This document shows, piece after piece, positions 47,801 through 58,359 of a DNA stretch of 64,000 bases (position 1 is the first letter of the stretch; each line of letters starts with the position of its first letter). The translations under genes and the position numbers were made by a program. The stretch lies in the sequence record PQ227241.1; one strand, 5' to 3'. The notes beneath the pieces are model-generated. The model worked only from the letters and a program-made list of their open reading frames with translations. It was not told the origin of the DNA and did no database searches.

Positions 47801-49196
47801 GACTTATCGTGGAGATGGTGGACGCGGTCCAACTTCAATGGTTGCACGTACACGTATTTACGGTGAAGCGGATGTTGGTGTGGTTAGTGAATCAACTGTG
47901 GACTCAGGTGACGTTGGTGTTATTGCTTACTTAGTACCTGATGCTAACTTTGTAAACATGCGTGGTGTTACGCGTATGTTTGATCCAAAGACAGATGGGC
48001 CAGCTAGACTACTCTCAACTAGTGCACTGCTTGGTGTTGCAACCGAACATGATGACCCTAAGCGAATTAACTTTATATCAATTCAGCAGCAGCAAGGTAT
48101 TTATGCTGATGGGTATACAGTTACACCAGTTCGTACAGGCTATGAACAAATCATAGCCCAAAGGACTAGTTCTATCTTTGCTGTAGCAGCAGAACAAGAT
48201 GGTGAAGTTGTAGCTATTGATGAATATGGTATCCAAGTTAAATATGCTGATGGTAATGTATTTGGATATCAATTAGGTACAGTTCATGGCACAGCAGCTG
48301 GTGTTAACTACCCACACATTCTTGTTACCTCATTAAAGAAAGGTGATAAGTTTAAACGTGGAGATACTATCACATATAACAAACGTTATTTCTCTGAAGA
48401 TAGGTATACGCCTGGGCAAGTATTATGGAAAGCCGGTTGTATGGCTGTTGTAGCATTTGATGATAACCTTGACACTTTAGAAGACGGTTCAGTTATTTCT
48501 GAAGACCTAGCTAAAAGGTTAAATACTCAAACAACTGCAATCAAGAATATCGATGTTAGGTTTGATCAGACTATTCGAGATATGGTGAAAGTTGGGGATC
48601 ATGTCGACTTAAATTCAATTCTATGTATAATTGAAGATCCTGAAACAGCTGCTCACTCACTATATGACGAGGCATCTATTGAGACATTACGCAAACTATC
48701 AGCATATTCGCCACGTGCTAAGCTCGTAGGTACAGTATCAAAGATTGAATGCTTCTATCATGGTGAAATAGACGATATGACACCAAGTTTACAAGCATTA
48801 GCTAATACGTCAGATAAACAACGCGCTGAACGAGCTAAATCATTGAAAGAACCTACTTTCACTGGACAAGTAGATGCTAACTATCGAGTGAAAGGACGAG
48901 CCTTAGAATATGACCACATGATTATTCGAGTGTATATCGATCATGATATCCCATGTGGTGTTGGAGATAAAGGCGTAGTAGCTAACCAGATGAAAACGGT
49001 ATTCTCCCGTGTAATGACTGGACGTAATGAAACTGAAGATGGCCGTAATATTGATCTACTATTCGGTAATACATCGGTAGAAGAACGAATGGTTCTATCT
49101 CCTAAAATCATTGCTACAACAACTGGTATCTTGTGGGCAGCTGGAAAACATCTTGTAGCTGTATATAGAGGAAACACTAATGCAAAAGCTAAGTAA
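44841..49196 (+). CDS. Virion RNA polymerase beta subunit (phiKZ gp178-like)
   Basis: FMSNGVTY, VGDKG...NQMKT, NIDLLFG beta-subunit motifs; adjacent to beta'. Confidence 0.92.
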   Translation: MRLNITQFLKNYSVREYAKLQSPKLHALNKLDLPFESIYQFFDGNNAVMGPSQTDPLFSKHQGKIYIEHVTDMLTFEGNPRRTSNIPATMIQEFRRQNRFFKPLRSDTGFKLSNQNILVMNYNLINPQWNYMASYKATWFRWSNDMRTFWSGVAAACERFPGWNQFIDVHLPELVPPPSSFNKLRGGLTQDLANQFNTPDILNIFDLVRWVSDDRESSFMNVIDAKYYGNINLLFRVQSSFFVINLGMLDQWRRDPEIKDDKGYDTQQIARRLISLVSAMVEYNQGNTSLIKEDTPIFNEDIIVDEETPVSYEEGEAEEVEDVESNNVEEEVTEVDVIDDVQFDPTNLTNLIDIGAIEVTYTPPPESDLEVTKLIIEKDPLESSPSRQIKEEKELIVTDVPEDELFINTEVDEEDKLIDAIRAKAYDMYRVNMISANTFEQAQEDSIMYRRLPDPFTDPNDESVEPMTIAEAMEYHPDDLKIPEDTTFEDKPTIVDKSMLGSKLKAIQRKYNKVLLKKDILNSVLSVQKQGVSVTNYKIETVRDSGNHYQIHKVTLKPIRGRSSQVMFRIPVIDNDGRFMSNGVTYRQRLQRADIPIRKVNPRKVALTSYYNKTFVTRSERAENNFDNWLIRAITNRALDGSDMSVHSVTYAELDQSNYVLPRVYTTLGTAFKGFHNHRNVFYFNFKDRNEFFAKQGLHIEDYETDDLIMVGFNGTDAILLDKNSIFYMKTGNELEPIGTITDILGLDLTKAPLEAILMSIGGKELPLGFILAYHHGLNNLLKKLNVNYQRHQRGTRIVVNSTDYTLAFADEILVFDRADYKAMLVLSGLKRYHKSLRRYSVYDFNKRDVYFRVLEEAGLSNRFTRDIDTLFSAWVDPITEGLLKEMGEPTTFEGLLYRSVELLTNDWSPAEVDGAYMRYRGYERMAGAIFNELNRAVRVFNMRNGGSVQTVELDPHVIWRKIVQDPTVATIEDSNPIANIREQEAMTYRGDGGRGPTSMVARTRIYGEADVGVVSESTVDSGDVGVIAYLVPDANFVNMRGVTRMFDPKTDGPARLLSTSALLGVATEHDDPKRINFISIQQQQGIYADGYTVTPVRTGYEQIIAQRTSSIFAVAAEQDGEVVAIDEYGIQVKYADGNVFGYQLGTVHGTAAGVNYPHILVTSLKKGDKFKRGDTITYNKRYFSEDRYTPGQVLWKAGCMAVVAFDDNLDTLEDGSVISEDLAKRLNTQTTAIKNIDVRFDQTIRDMVKVGDHVDLNSILCIIEDPETAAHSLYDEASIETLRKLSAYSPRAKLVGTVSKIECFYHGEIDDMTPSLQALANTSDKQRAERAKSLKEPTFTGQVDANYRVKGRALEYDHMIIRVYIDHDIPCGVGDKGVVANQMKTVFSRVMTGRNETEDGRNIDLLFGNTSVEERMVLSPKIIATTTGILWAAGKHLVAVYRGNTNAKAK

Positions 49197-49377
49197 TAAT
49201 GTAGCACATGGTCAGAACATTGCTGTTCTTCATGCTGCTGTTAAACTAGGTACTCAAGCAATTCTACAATCGCTTGGTGGCACCACCAGCTCCCCATCTC
49301 TGAATGGGGAGTTTTTAACTGAGGCTGATATTGCAGCAGCTTTAAACGCTCGCTTAATGAAGAACCTCAATATCTAA
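49180..49377 (+). CDS. Small hypothetical virion protein
   Basis: GAGG RBS; overlaps the beta stop. Confidence 0.7.
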   Translation: MQKLSNNVAHGQNIAVLHAAVKLGTQAILQSLGGTTSSPSLNGEFLTEADIAAALNARLMKNLNI

Positions 49378-49388
49378 GGAGTGTTAAA

Positions 49389-50948
49389 ATGTTCTGTAAA
49401 GAAACCCAAGCTGCGATTGTTGGCTCAGCACGTAGTCTAACTGAGGATAACCTTGTTCTAGTTATCCCTAATGAAACATATCCCCTTGCGGTCTTTGCAG
49501 ATGGTTTCAGTGTAGATGGCAACTCTAATAAAGTTGCCCTCTCTGAAGAGCTGGAAGCATCTGTAGAAGAGTTCTTCGAGGAAGCTAACCAAGAGCAACC
49601 TGTTAGTGTAGAAGAAGAGCAAGAAGCTCTGATTGCACATGTCTGCTCATCATTACAAAAGATCCAATTCAATACGCAGAATGTTATTTGCCCTGCAATT
49701 GAATATATGGTACGTGTTTTTAATGAGCGTCAAAGCATTAGTTGTCAACCAGATGTAAGCGCTACATTCTACCACTATAATGCAGTTCATAGTGATCCAC
49801 GCTTAACTGCACACGTTAGTACACGATACAATAATTTACAGCCGCTACCTGAGTATCGTACCTTTATTCTAGAATCAATTGATGCTAATGAAATTATTCG
49901 GTTAGTGTCAATGGGTAATCCGCATCTAGATCAAACTGAAGTTGAAGAATGGCTACTATCTATTCCTAATAGTGCCGCTGTTATTGAAGGTGTGTGGAAT
50001 TCTATCTTCAATGATGGTCGTCTTCTCATTCCAGGTGAACTTGAATATGTTGTGGGTAGGTCCTTCCCATTCACTGTTGATTCACTAGCTCTGGCTTACA
50101 TGATTTGCGGTCACTACATCGATAACCCGGTTGAAGTTATTGGCGAGAGTGATGTTGACCTAGAAACATGGTCACTAACTATTCGTAAACTACATGAGAT
50201 GTTTGGATTCTATCTCAAGCGTGCTTATGAACGTCGTCAAGCTGATCGTGATGCAGGTCTACTCATCCTAGCCTCAGAAGCTAATAATGTAGTTGCTAAT
50301 TCTCGTTGCAAAGTAATCATTAATGGTGATGTTGCACCTCAATTTGAATTAGCCGGTGGTGACATCCAAGCTATCCTTGGTGCAGCTGTAGCAGGTAGTA
50401 ATAACATTTACCTAGAACAGATTCTTAATAACTCAGAACAGTTTATTCAACGTTGGCTATCAGTATATCCGCTGATTAAACAATCGGCTATGGATAAAGG
50501 TTTACGTAAACTACGCAATGACATTCATGAATCATTTATGGATGGTGTCATTAATACTGAACTTAAAGATCGCCATGTTAATGAACTCGAATATCGTATT
50601 AAAGAAGCAATGAGTACGATGACGACTGAAGATCTTAAGAATCCTTATATCACCTTTGGTAAACTTATCTGTAAAACATTCTTTACAGAAAATGTTTACT
50701 GGCAATATCTGCTAGCAGTTGATGAATTTAGTCAAATGTATCCTGAGGCCACTCTACGTGAACTCAATACACAATCACTAATTTCACTAATGGCAGCATG
50801 GCTGTCTCAACAGATTAAAGTTGAGCGGTTCACTGGTGTTGTTGATCCTTATGCAAAACTACCAGTAAAAGAAGTTATTGAAACTGTAGAAGATGATAGC
50901 ACTGAAACTTTAGATGATGTTGAAATCGAAGAAGAAGTTTCTAATTAA
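49389..50948 (+). CDS. Head/virion protein (phiKZ gp177-like)
   Basis: Synteny; acidic N-terminus with S-x-E sites (ASVE, VSVE). Confidence 0.65.
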   Translation: MFCKETQAAIVGSARSLTEDNLVLVIPNETYPLAVFADGFSVDGNSNKVALSEELEASVEEFFEEANQEQPVSVEEEQEALIAHVCSSLQKIQFNTQNVICPAIEYMVRVFNERQSISCQPDVSATFYHYNAVHSDPRLTAHVSTRYNNLQPLPEYRTFILESIDANEIIRLVSMGNPHLDQTEVEEWLLSIPNSAAVIEGVWNSIFNDGRLLIPGELEYVVGRSFPFTVDSLALAYMICGHYIDNPVEVIGESDVDLETWSLTIRKLHEMFGFYLKRAYERRQADRDAGLLILASEANNVVANSRCKVIINGDVAPQFELAGGDIQAILGAAVAGSNNIYLEQILNNSEQFIQRWLSVYPLIKQSAMDKGLRKLRNDIHESFMDGVINTELKDRHVNELEYRIKEAMSTMTTEDLKNPYITFGKLICKTFFTENVYWQYLLAVDEFSQMYPEATLRELNTQSLISLMAAWLSQQIKVERFTGVVDPYAKLPVKEVIETVEDDSTETLDDVEIEEEVSN

Positions 50949-50966
50949 ATTATCTTAATGGTTAAT

Positions 50967-51058
50967 AATCATTAAAACATGCAATCGATGATAAACTCCG
51001 GTATTTGGAAGGATACCGGAGTAATACAGCGAATATTTAAAGGTGCATGATTTTGATT
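50967..51058 (+). promoter_or_regulatory. Structured 5' leader/intercistronic RNA element
   Basis: 12-bp hairpin with GGAA loop enclosed by a catgca/tgcatg outer stem. Confidence 0.45.
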
Positions 51059-51095
51059 AAGTATTTTAATCTTTACATAAATGAACAATTAGGAC

Positions 51096-51824
51096 ATGAT
51101 AATGGACGTACGTTCTCTTCGACGGGATCCAGAACGGGTCCACAGTCATCTAACTGATTTAGAAGATAATTCAGTAGTAACTAATGCCCCATGTAAAATA
51201 CAGATTCCAGAAAGATTTACAGGAAGACATCTAGCTGTTATTGGTAGTGAAGTATTCACTATTGGTATATTTCCTATTATTTTTAATGATGAATATTACG
51301 CAGTAAATAATACTATTGCAATGATGCGGATAAATCCAATCTCTACTGAACGCGTCCACATCAATGGTGAAGTTTATCTAGAATTTCATTTTGATAAAGG
51401 TAGTAAGATTTTCCAGAATACTTACTTAGTTGTTAATGATACATTAACTTACTATGTCTATGATGAGTTAATTAACAAAGGAAACTTCCCTTGGTATATT
51501 AACTATTATGACAAAGCCAAATTATTTGAGACAGCTAATTTACACGCTGGTGTTAACCTTGGTGGATGGCCTACATTACAACTTATTATTTCAACCACTC
51601 AGCGTGCCTCGGATGATATATCACAACTATATCGACATGTGTTAACTAGACACAGTGATATCGTGGATAATCCACCAGTCGACGTACCATTCCGTTCAGT
51701 TATCTGGAATACTTCAGACACAACATCAAAACTCAATGGGGCTTATTTTGATCAAGGTATCACATCAGCACTTGTTAACCCATCTGAGTCAGTAGAGCTT
51801 ATTGAAGAACTCCTCAGGACCTAA
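51096..51824 (+). CDS. phiKZ gp176-like protein (small virion RNAP subunit)
   Basis: Synteny between the gp177-like gene and the protease; size. Confidence 0.65.
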   Translation: MIMDVRSLRRDPERVHSHLTDLEDNSVVTNAPCKIQIPERFTGRHLAVIGSEVFTIGIFPIIFNDEYYAVNNTIAMMRINPISTERVHINGEVYLEFHFDKGSKIFQNTYLVVNDTLTYYVYDELINKGNFPWYINYYDKAKLFETANLHAGVNLGGWPTLQLIISTTQRASDDISQLYRHVLTRHSDIVDNPPVDVPFRSVIWNTSDTTSKLNGAYFDQGITSALVNPSESVELIEELLRT

Positions 51825-51835
51825 GGAGTTGCGTT

Positions 51836-52648
51836 ATGCAACCATATTCTAATTTTTCTGGTTTGCAACAGCGTACTAATAACCAAGTAGTTATCGGCAG
51901 TGATATGTTAGCCGGTACTAATAAAAAAGGTGTATTAGTACCTGATGCGGATGGTTACTATCTAACTCCACTAGGAGCTTATGGTACCCGAAATTCAGCT
52001 GGTATGTTCTATGAAATGGCATCCGGCGTATCTATGTTTAATCCAGACTCACCTTTAATGCGCCGTGTTAAAAAGGGTGTTCTATTCATGGAATACAAAC
52101 ACCCTGAACCCTATCGTAAAGATGGCACACGGATGAATGAACATGAGTACCTAATGCGAATTCGTCAAATCGATGATGATCGTGTGTGTGCGCATATTAA
52201 GGAACTTATTCTGGTTGATTCTACAGATGAGAAAGGTCTTCCTATTAAACTAGTACTTGGCAAATGCAAACCATACGGTCCTTTTGGTAAGTACTTCGAA
52301 GCATCTATTACCAATCCTTCTCAGAATACTTATTGCTCGGTAAGGTCAATAACTCAAGATGATCCTATGCGCGGTATCAAATATACCCGTGAGATTTCAA
52401 CTTGGGATATGGTTGGGGAAGGTGGTATTTACGGTGCTAATAAATGGAATTCCCCTGCATTAGAGAACTATGAAGATCAATTAATGGTTATCACGCCTGA
52501 TACTCTATATCAGGTACAGCGTGAACGTGAACGTCAAATTAACATGGGTTTTGAATGTTCTGATATCACCAATGTGACAGATCTAGCGAAAAGTCTTGGC
52601 TGGGATATTTCACCAGTTAAACATAGGCGCCCTGGCTTCATGCGTTAA
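51836..52648 (+). CDS. Prohead (head maturation) serine protease (phiKZ gp175-like)
   Basis: EYKHP His motif; CSVRSIT catalytic-Ser motif; TWDMV; C-terminal SPALE autocleavage-like site. Confidence 0.85.
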   Translation: MQPYSNFSGLQQRTNNQVVIGSDMLAGTNKKGVLVPDADGYYLTPLGAYGTRNSAGMFYEMASGVSMFNPDSPLMRRVKKGVLFMEYKHPEPYRKDGTRMNEHEYLMRIRQIDDDRVCAHIKELILVDSTDEKGLPIKLVLGKCKPYGPFGKYFEASITNPSQNTYCSVRSITQDDPMRGIKYTREISTWDMVGEGGIYGANKWNSPALENYEDQLMVITPDTLYQVQRERERQINMGFECSDITNVTDLAKSLGWDISPVKHRRPGFMR

Positions 52649-52662
52649 AAATAAAAAAAAGA

Positions 52663-52694
52663 CATAATGCCCTCCCGTAATGGGAGGGCTTATG
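52663..52694. repeat. 32-bp palindrome at convergent junction (copy 2 of 5)
   Basis: cataatgccctcccgtaatgggagggcttatg. Confidence 0.85.
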
Positions 52695-52697
52695 CTG

Positions 52698-53822
<1,125 letters not shown>

Positions 53823-53845
53823 TCAAGCCCCAATATTAAAAACTA

Positions 53846-54820
53846 CTATTTTTTATAAGCAATAAATTTTCCAATATGCTTGAATCCCTTACAACTAATA
53901 GTAACTTTAATCGGATATTTAGCCTTCATTACATAAATTAACCTGGACATATTAAACGGCGCATAAAGTATAAAATCATTATCTACCATTTCTTTATGGA
54001 ATGCATTAATCTTATCTTGGACTAGTTTAATATAATCCTCATCATTAATAATACTTTGTTTATCTGAAATAACAATCTTATCTACAGTATCGCCTTCAGC
54101 ACATAGTCTTTCATATACCTCAGTGCGGATAAATGTATTAACTGCGATATATGTATTTTCTGTTACTTGTGTAGCTTGTGCACTATAAATATCACTAATA
54201 CAGTAATTAGGTTTATATGGACCAAATGGATCAATAATATCTTTAATAGATACACTCTTTTTTGGTAGAACATGGGGTGTTTCTAAAAATGAAACACTGT
54301 CATGTGCATCAATATCTAAATACTTATTGACTAGTGGGGCAACGCGGTTGAATGCCTCTTCATAGATAGCATACATGTAGCCACGGTAATCTGGTAAAGA
54401 CGCATAATAATTACGCTGAACAACAGTCTCGCAACTACTAACATAATTATAAAAAATATCTGCGTGCCTTAAAACATTATTAAATTCATCTACGCCTAGA
54501 ATTGAACTAATCCAACTAACATCATTATCGTGGATAAATATAGCTAAACGAAGGTTTTGCCGTTTTGGATTAGTTTCATCTTGGAATGGATATGTTGTAT
54601 ATAGCTCAGTGATAGCTTGTTTAACTACATCAGGTGATTCATTGAAAAATTCTTTTGAGAATTGATCAATTGACATATTTTGTCTTTGCTGATATAGTTC
54701 ATTAATACGTGCTTCTACTTGCACAAGGAAGTTAATCTTTTTACTGATTTTAAGGCTATGTTCAGTATGCATTAAGTTATCTCTGTTTGATTGATTTAAT
54801 AACATCACAAACAATTTCAA
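53846..54820 (-). CDS. Hypothetical protein (likely start ~54772)
   Basis: Long ORF. Confidence 0.75.
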   Translation of the reverse strand: MKLFVMLLNQSNRDNLMHTEHSLKISKKINFLVQVEARINELYQQRQNMSIDQFSKEFFNESPDVVKQAITELYTTYPFQDETNPKRQNLRLAIFIHDNDVSWISSILGVDEFNNVLRHADIFYNYVSSCETVVQRNYYASLPDYRGYMYAIYEEAFNRVAPLVNKYLDIDAHDSVSFLETPHVLPKKSVSIKDIIDPFGPYKPNYCISDIYSAQATQVTENTYIAVNTFIRTEVYERLCAEGDTVDKIVISDKQSIINDEDYIKLVQDKINAFHKEMVDNDFILYAPFNMSRLIYVMKAKYPIKVTISCKGFKHIGKFIAYKK

Positions 54821-55268
54821 ACCATTCTTTTTCTTGAATGGTTAGGTTTGCTCCTGATAAAACTAATGGACCAAAACTTTTTGCTTTAAATAAAACGAAT
54901 GGTCGACTATTAAGATTTAATAATAGGGTATCACGAAGGATATTGGTAAGTCCATCTACGTATTGATACTTTAAACCATAGTCTAATTTATAATGGGAAT
55001 TAACCTCTGGTTGAAGAAAAGCCTTTTCTTTTTTACCAGTGATGAGATACATCCGAAGACCTTTGAATGAAAAGAAATTCTCATTATCAAGTGTGGTCTT
55101 CTTCTCTTTTCCATTAAACTGAAATAGATCAGGGAGCGGTGTATTACCGCTCTGATCTACAATGATACTATCTACAGGATAATTATTTTGTACCCATGGG
55201 GTTTCTGGATTATTCATTTGAATTAGGCTCCACCCAATGAGGATCAGGTACAGGAACAATATGCACAC
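54777..55268 (-). CDS. Hypothetical protein (likely start MNNPETPW ~55217)
   Basis: ORF track. Confidence 0.7.
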   Translation of the reverse strand: MCILFLYLILIGWSLIQMNNPETPWVQNNYPVDSIIVDQSGNTPLPDLFQFNGKEKKTTLDNENFFSFKGLRMYLITGKKEKAFLQPEVNSHYKLDYGLKYQYVDGLTNILRDTLLLNLNSRPFVLFKAKSFGPLVLSGANLTIQEKEWFEIVCDVIKSIKQR

Positions 55269-55971
55269 TGTCCTCTAGTTTATCTCGAAGATTAGGATCA
55301 TCAGTCCATTGTAGAGAAAGAGTGTATCTCTCCTCTTTAGGCCGTAGTAGTAGGAATCCACGTCTTAATGTATTCCAAGACATATTGGGCGATAGTAAAC
55401 CACGCCTTTGTGTATTAGCCAATGAGGTAAGTTTCTTTTTATCCAATCCTACAAGGTTGACTGGATTATTTAAAAACTCTTCCCATAGCTTATCCCACTT
55501 CTCCTGGTTAATTCCTTCTTTCCAGAGAATATGCCTATACAGATGGGCCATTGTAGTTGTAGCTGGTTTTTGATTCTTAAAAATTTCACATTCTTCATAG
55601 GGGAAATCATTTGCAGAGCAAGTTACCTCATCTTCAGTTGGATCGATATTGATCGTATAAACTGAATCAGGTTTTGATGTACCCCAAATCAGACGTACCT
55701 CTAATGTTGCTTTAACAGGTGATAAGAAATCAATAGCTTTCTTAAAGCCATCCCAACTCATTGTATCAGCTTTAAGTGCTTTATTAAGATTACCTTTATC
55801 TGGGTTATTCTTGTTATGTGGTTTTTGAAAGTATGCATTCAAACGTTTATCCCAAGCAAACTGTGTCATATTACGCCACAGTAGTACTTCCCGGAAAACA
55901 TAACACAAAACCCCTTCTGCCTGCCTTAATCCTTTTTGAGGATCGCTTAATAAGTCTTTTACAGATTCCAT
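55210..55971 (-). CDS. Conserved jumbo-phage protein with an internal tandem domain duplication
   Basis: Two halves share L/M-x-x-x-F/Y-R-x-x-L...WDK...MSW...W pattern. Confidence 0.8.
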   Translation of the reverse strand: MESVKDLLSDPQKGLRQAEGVLCYVFREVLLWRNMTQFAWDKRLNAYFQKPHNKNNPDKGNLNKALKADTMSWDGFKKAIDFLSPVKATLEVRLIWGTSKPDSVYTINIDPTEDEVTCSANDFPYEECEIFKNQKPATTTMAHLYRHILWKEGINQEKWDKLWEEFLNNPVNLVGLDKKKLTSLANTQRRGLLSPNMSWNTLRRGFLLLRPKEERYTLSLQWTDDPNLRDKLEDSVHIVPVPDPHWVEPNSNE

Positions 55972-56041
55972 CTTTTTTACACCTACGGTGAATTGATAAT
56001 AAACACACTTTATATTAATTTATACTTGTATAGTCTGCACC

Positions 56042-56566
56042 TCATAGTAACTTAATAATTGCTCTTGATAGTTCAATAATATCATAGTACATTCTATCCA
56101 TCTGGCGCTGATATGCTTGATGGTTAATCTGTTCAAGATATTCAGTTTGTTGCCAAATTAAGTCACGCATAGTTTCAATAGATTTACATACATCAATAAA
56201 ACTATCATTACTGTTTATAAAATATTCATCAAGGTCAATTGATTTCCTGTCGATAAACTCAGTACGACACATTTCACTAATCTTTAGATCATCTTCATTT
56301 GCAATATGATCATTTAACCTAGTTAGAGCATCTAATAAATAACCAATACTGTAATGTCTTAGATAGACAGGAACACCTATCATCTTCCTGATGGTCAGAG
56401 TTTTTAATTCATCCAGATTAATTAATTGCCAGAAATTATTAATAGCTTTTAATCGTTCTTCACCTGAAATAATATCTTTATCTATCCGTTCTAATTCAGT
56501 TAGAAGTTGTTCTTTACCAACTTCCTTTTGGAAGCCCCGGAAATATTGAATAAGTTTCTTAAACAT
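56042..56566 (-). CDS. Hypothetical helical protein
   Basis: ORF track. Confidence 0.8.
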   Translation of the reverse strand: MFKKLIQYFRGFQKEVGKEQLLTELERIDKDIISGEERLKAINNFWQLINLDELKTLTIRKMIGVPVYLRHYSIGYLLDALTRLNDHIANEDDLKISEMCRTEFIDRKSIDLDEYFINSNDSFIDVCKSIETMRDLIWQQTEYLEQINHQAYQRQMDRMYYDIIELSRAIIKLL

Positions 56567-56645
56567 GATATAGGACCTATTTTTCAGATACTTAGCATAT
56601 GGTAAGTATGTTAGGTATTACTATTACTAATTAGAGGATAATAAA

Positions 56646-57161
56646 ATGTTCCATGGTGCAGATTTATCTGATGAGCCTTTAGAAAAGAAATCATCAACTA
56701 CAGAAGAAAAGGTATATGCTGATCTAGAATATGAGCAGCAGATACGGTATACACAATCAGTTAAAGAGAAAGTACTAAAAGCTGTATTAGAAAATACAAC
56801 TGGTAAAGTACCTACTGATAAAGAATCAGTTGATATGATTCTTAAATTAACAGATTCAATGGATAAGACAACAATTGCTAACCGTCGTATTCAAGTTGAT
56901 TCTGAGGGTGCACGCTCTAACCGTGAACTTGCTGAAGGCTTTGCTGAATTCGTTAAGATGCAAATGAACCGTAATCCATTAATACGTGATCCGAATGATG
57001 TCCCTGCAACACCACGTGAGATTCCAGATATTCCTGATGAGGAATTTGAGAATTACACTATTGAAGAAGGTGAAACTGAAATCGGTATCATCATGGAGGA
57101 ATCCAATGCATTTATGGAGCGGATGGATGCTGCACGAGAAAAAGAATTAGAAAACGATTGA
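56646..57161 (+). CDS. Helical protein with acidic tail (possible small-terminase-like)
   Basis: GAGG RBS; monocistronic plus-strand gene. Confidence 0.75.
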   Translation: MFHGADLSDEPLEKKSSTTEEKVYADLEYEQQIRYTQSVKEKVLKAVLENTTGKVPTDKESVDMILKLTDSMDKTTIANRRIQVDSEGARSNRELAEGFAEFVKMQMNRNPLIRDPNDVPATPREIPDIPDEEFENYTIEEGETEIGIIMEESNAFMERMDAAREKELEND

Positions 57162-57170
57162 TATTAACGA

Positions 57171-57203
57171 CATATAGCCCTCCCGTAATGGGAGGGCGTT
57201 ATG
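57171..57203. repeat. Palindrome at convergent junction (copy 3 of 5)
   Basis: catatagccctcccgtaatgggagggcgttatg. Confidence 0.85.
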
Positions 57204-57206
57204 CAC

Positions 57207-57905
57207 TTAATACAAATCGATATCTAATACATCACCAACTGTATTTACGATTACTTCAACAGGTGGTAGCTCAATATTACCAATTGATTTCTTAATAACA
57301 TTCATTTGGTTAATAACTTGATTATGATCAGATGTTACTTTAAGAGCTAATAGTCCAATAGCAGTTAAACTTACGATTGCAGTTGAGTTATCTGAAATAG
57401 TTTCATATGCAGCTTTACCTACTTTCTTAATAGTTTTAAATAGAGTAGGTTTATTTTGACGAATTAGTTTTCGTTCTTTTGCTTTAGCTAGCTCATCATC
57501 AAATTCTTTATTAAAGCTACGGCGTTTACTCCAATCATAAACACCTGGTGAAACTTCTTCAAAATTGGAAGAGATTGCACCAAAATCACTAGCATGGCTA
57601 AACATCCATTTAAAGATAAAGCGATTAGAAAGAACCCACGCCTGTAGATTAGTTTCTGCATCGTTGATTAGTTTAATAGCATCGCTTCCAGTAGCCACTT
57701 GGCCATTAGCTTTAACAAATAAAATCAGTCTTACAGTAGTACCATTGATTACTGTGTTATTCACATTTGCAATCCTGGTATAAATTTCTTTAATAATTCG
57801 CTTTTGTTTATCTAAATCAGCACCATTTAAACGAATATTAAATTGACGGTCTAATACGGCCATTGCAGTTTCCTCTAGGGTTATTGTACCTAAAGTATAC
57901 TGCAT
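57207..57905 (-). CDS. Early membrane-associated protein
   Basis: Single hydrophobic segment AIVSLTAIGLLAL. Confidence 0.75.
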   Translation of the reverse strand: MQYTLGTITLEETAMAVLDRQFNIRLNGADLDKQKRIIKEIYTRIANVNNTVINGTTVRLILFVKANGQVATGSDAIKLINDAETNLQAWVLSNRFIFKWMFSHASDFGAISSNFEEVSPGVYDWSKRRSFNKEFDDELAKAKERKLIRQNKPTLFKTIKKVGKAAYETISDNSTAIVSLTAIGLLALKVTSDHNQVINQMNVIKKSIGNIELPPVEVIVNTVGDVLDIDLY

Positions 57906-57912
57906 GACCGTA

Positions 57913-58341
57913 TTATTTTAATTTTTTACATGCTTTATAAAACCGTGTACCAACGTACAAAATAAACCCGCCAATAACAGCAACTGATGTGATTGTTTCC
58001 AGCGGCATGCGCTTAGCGGGTTCTTCAATTGGTACTGTAACAGCTGGTAATTCAATTCTTTTCTCAATAACTTTTTTACCAGTTAACTTATAATAAACAT
58101 CTGGTTCTAATGTTATCGATTCAAGAATCTGATTACTACATGGATAGCGTGTGACGCCTCCATGTCCATCTGCAACATAGAAGCTGAATGTATCGCCTAC
58201 ACGATGTAAGTCAACCACACTACCCATATATGTCATATGAGCTGGATAGAGTTCTGCCTTGACCTTTCCATCGTTGAATAAGTCAATGACGGAACTCTTC
58301 TTTAGCTCACCCATTAAGTTTGCTAAAGTGAATGCCGCCAT
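57913..58341 (-). CDS. Early tail-anchored membrane protein
   Basis: C-terminal TM followed by basic residues. Confidence 0.75.
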   Translation of the reverse strand: MAAFTLANLMGELKKSSVIDLFNDGKVKAELYPAHMTYMGSVVDLHRVGDTFSFYVADGHGGVTRYPCSNQILESITLEPDVYYKLTGKKVIEKRIELPAVTVPIEEPAKRMPLETITSVAVIGGFILYVGTRFYKACKKLK

Positions 58342-58359
58342 TAGCGATAACCCTATTAT

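Noticed and set aside
43186-49196. Introns/inteins in the RNAP subunits
   Set aside because: ORFs are continuous, with no homing-endonuclease or intein splice motifs seen; the split beta/beta' layout is normal for this phage group
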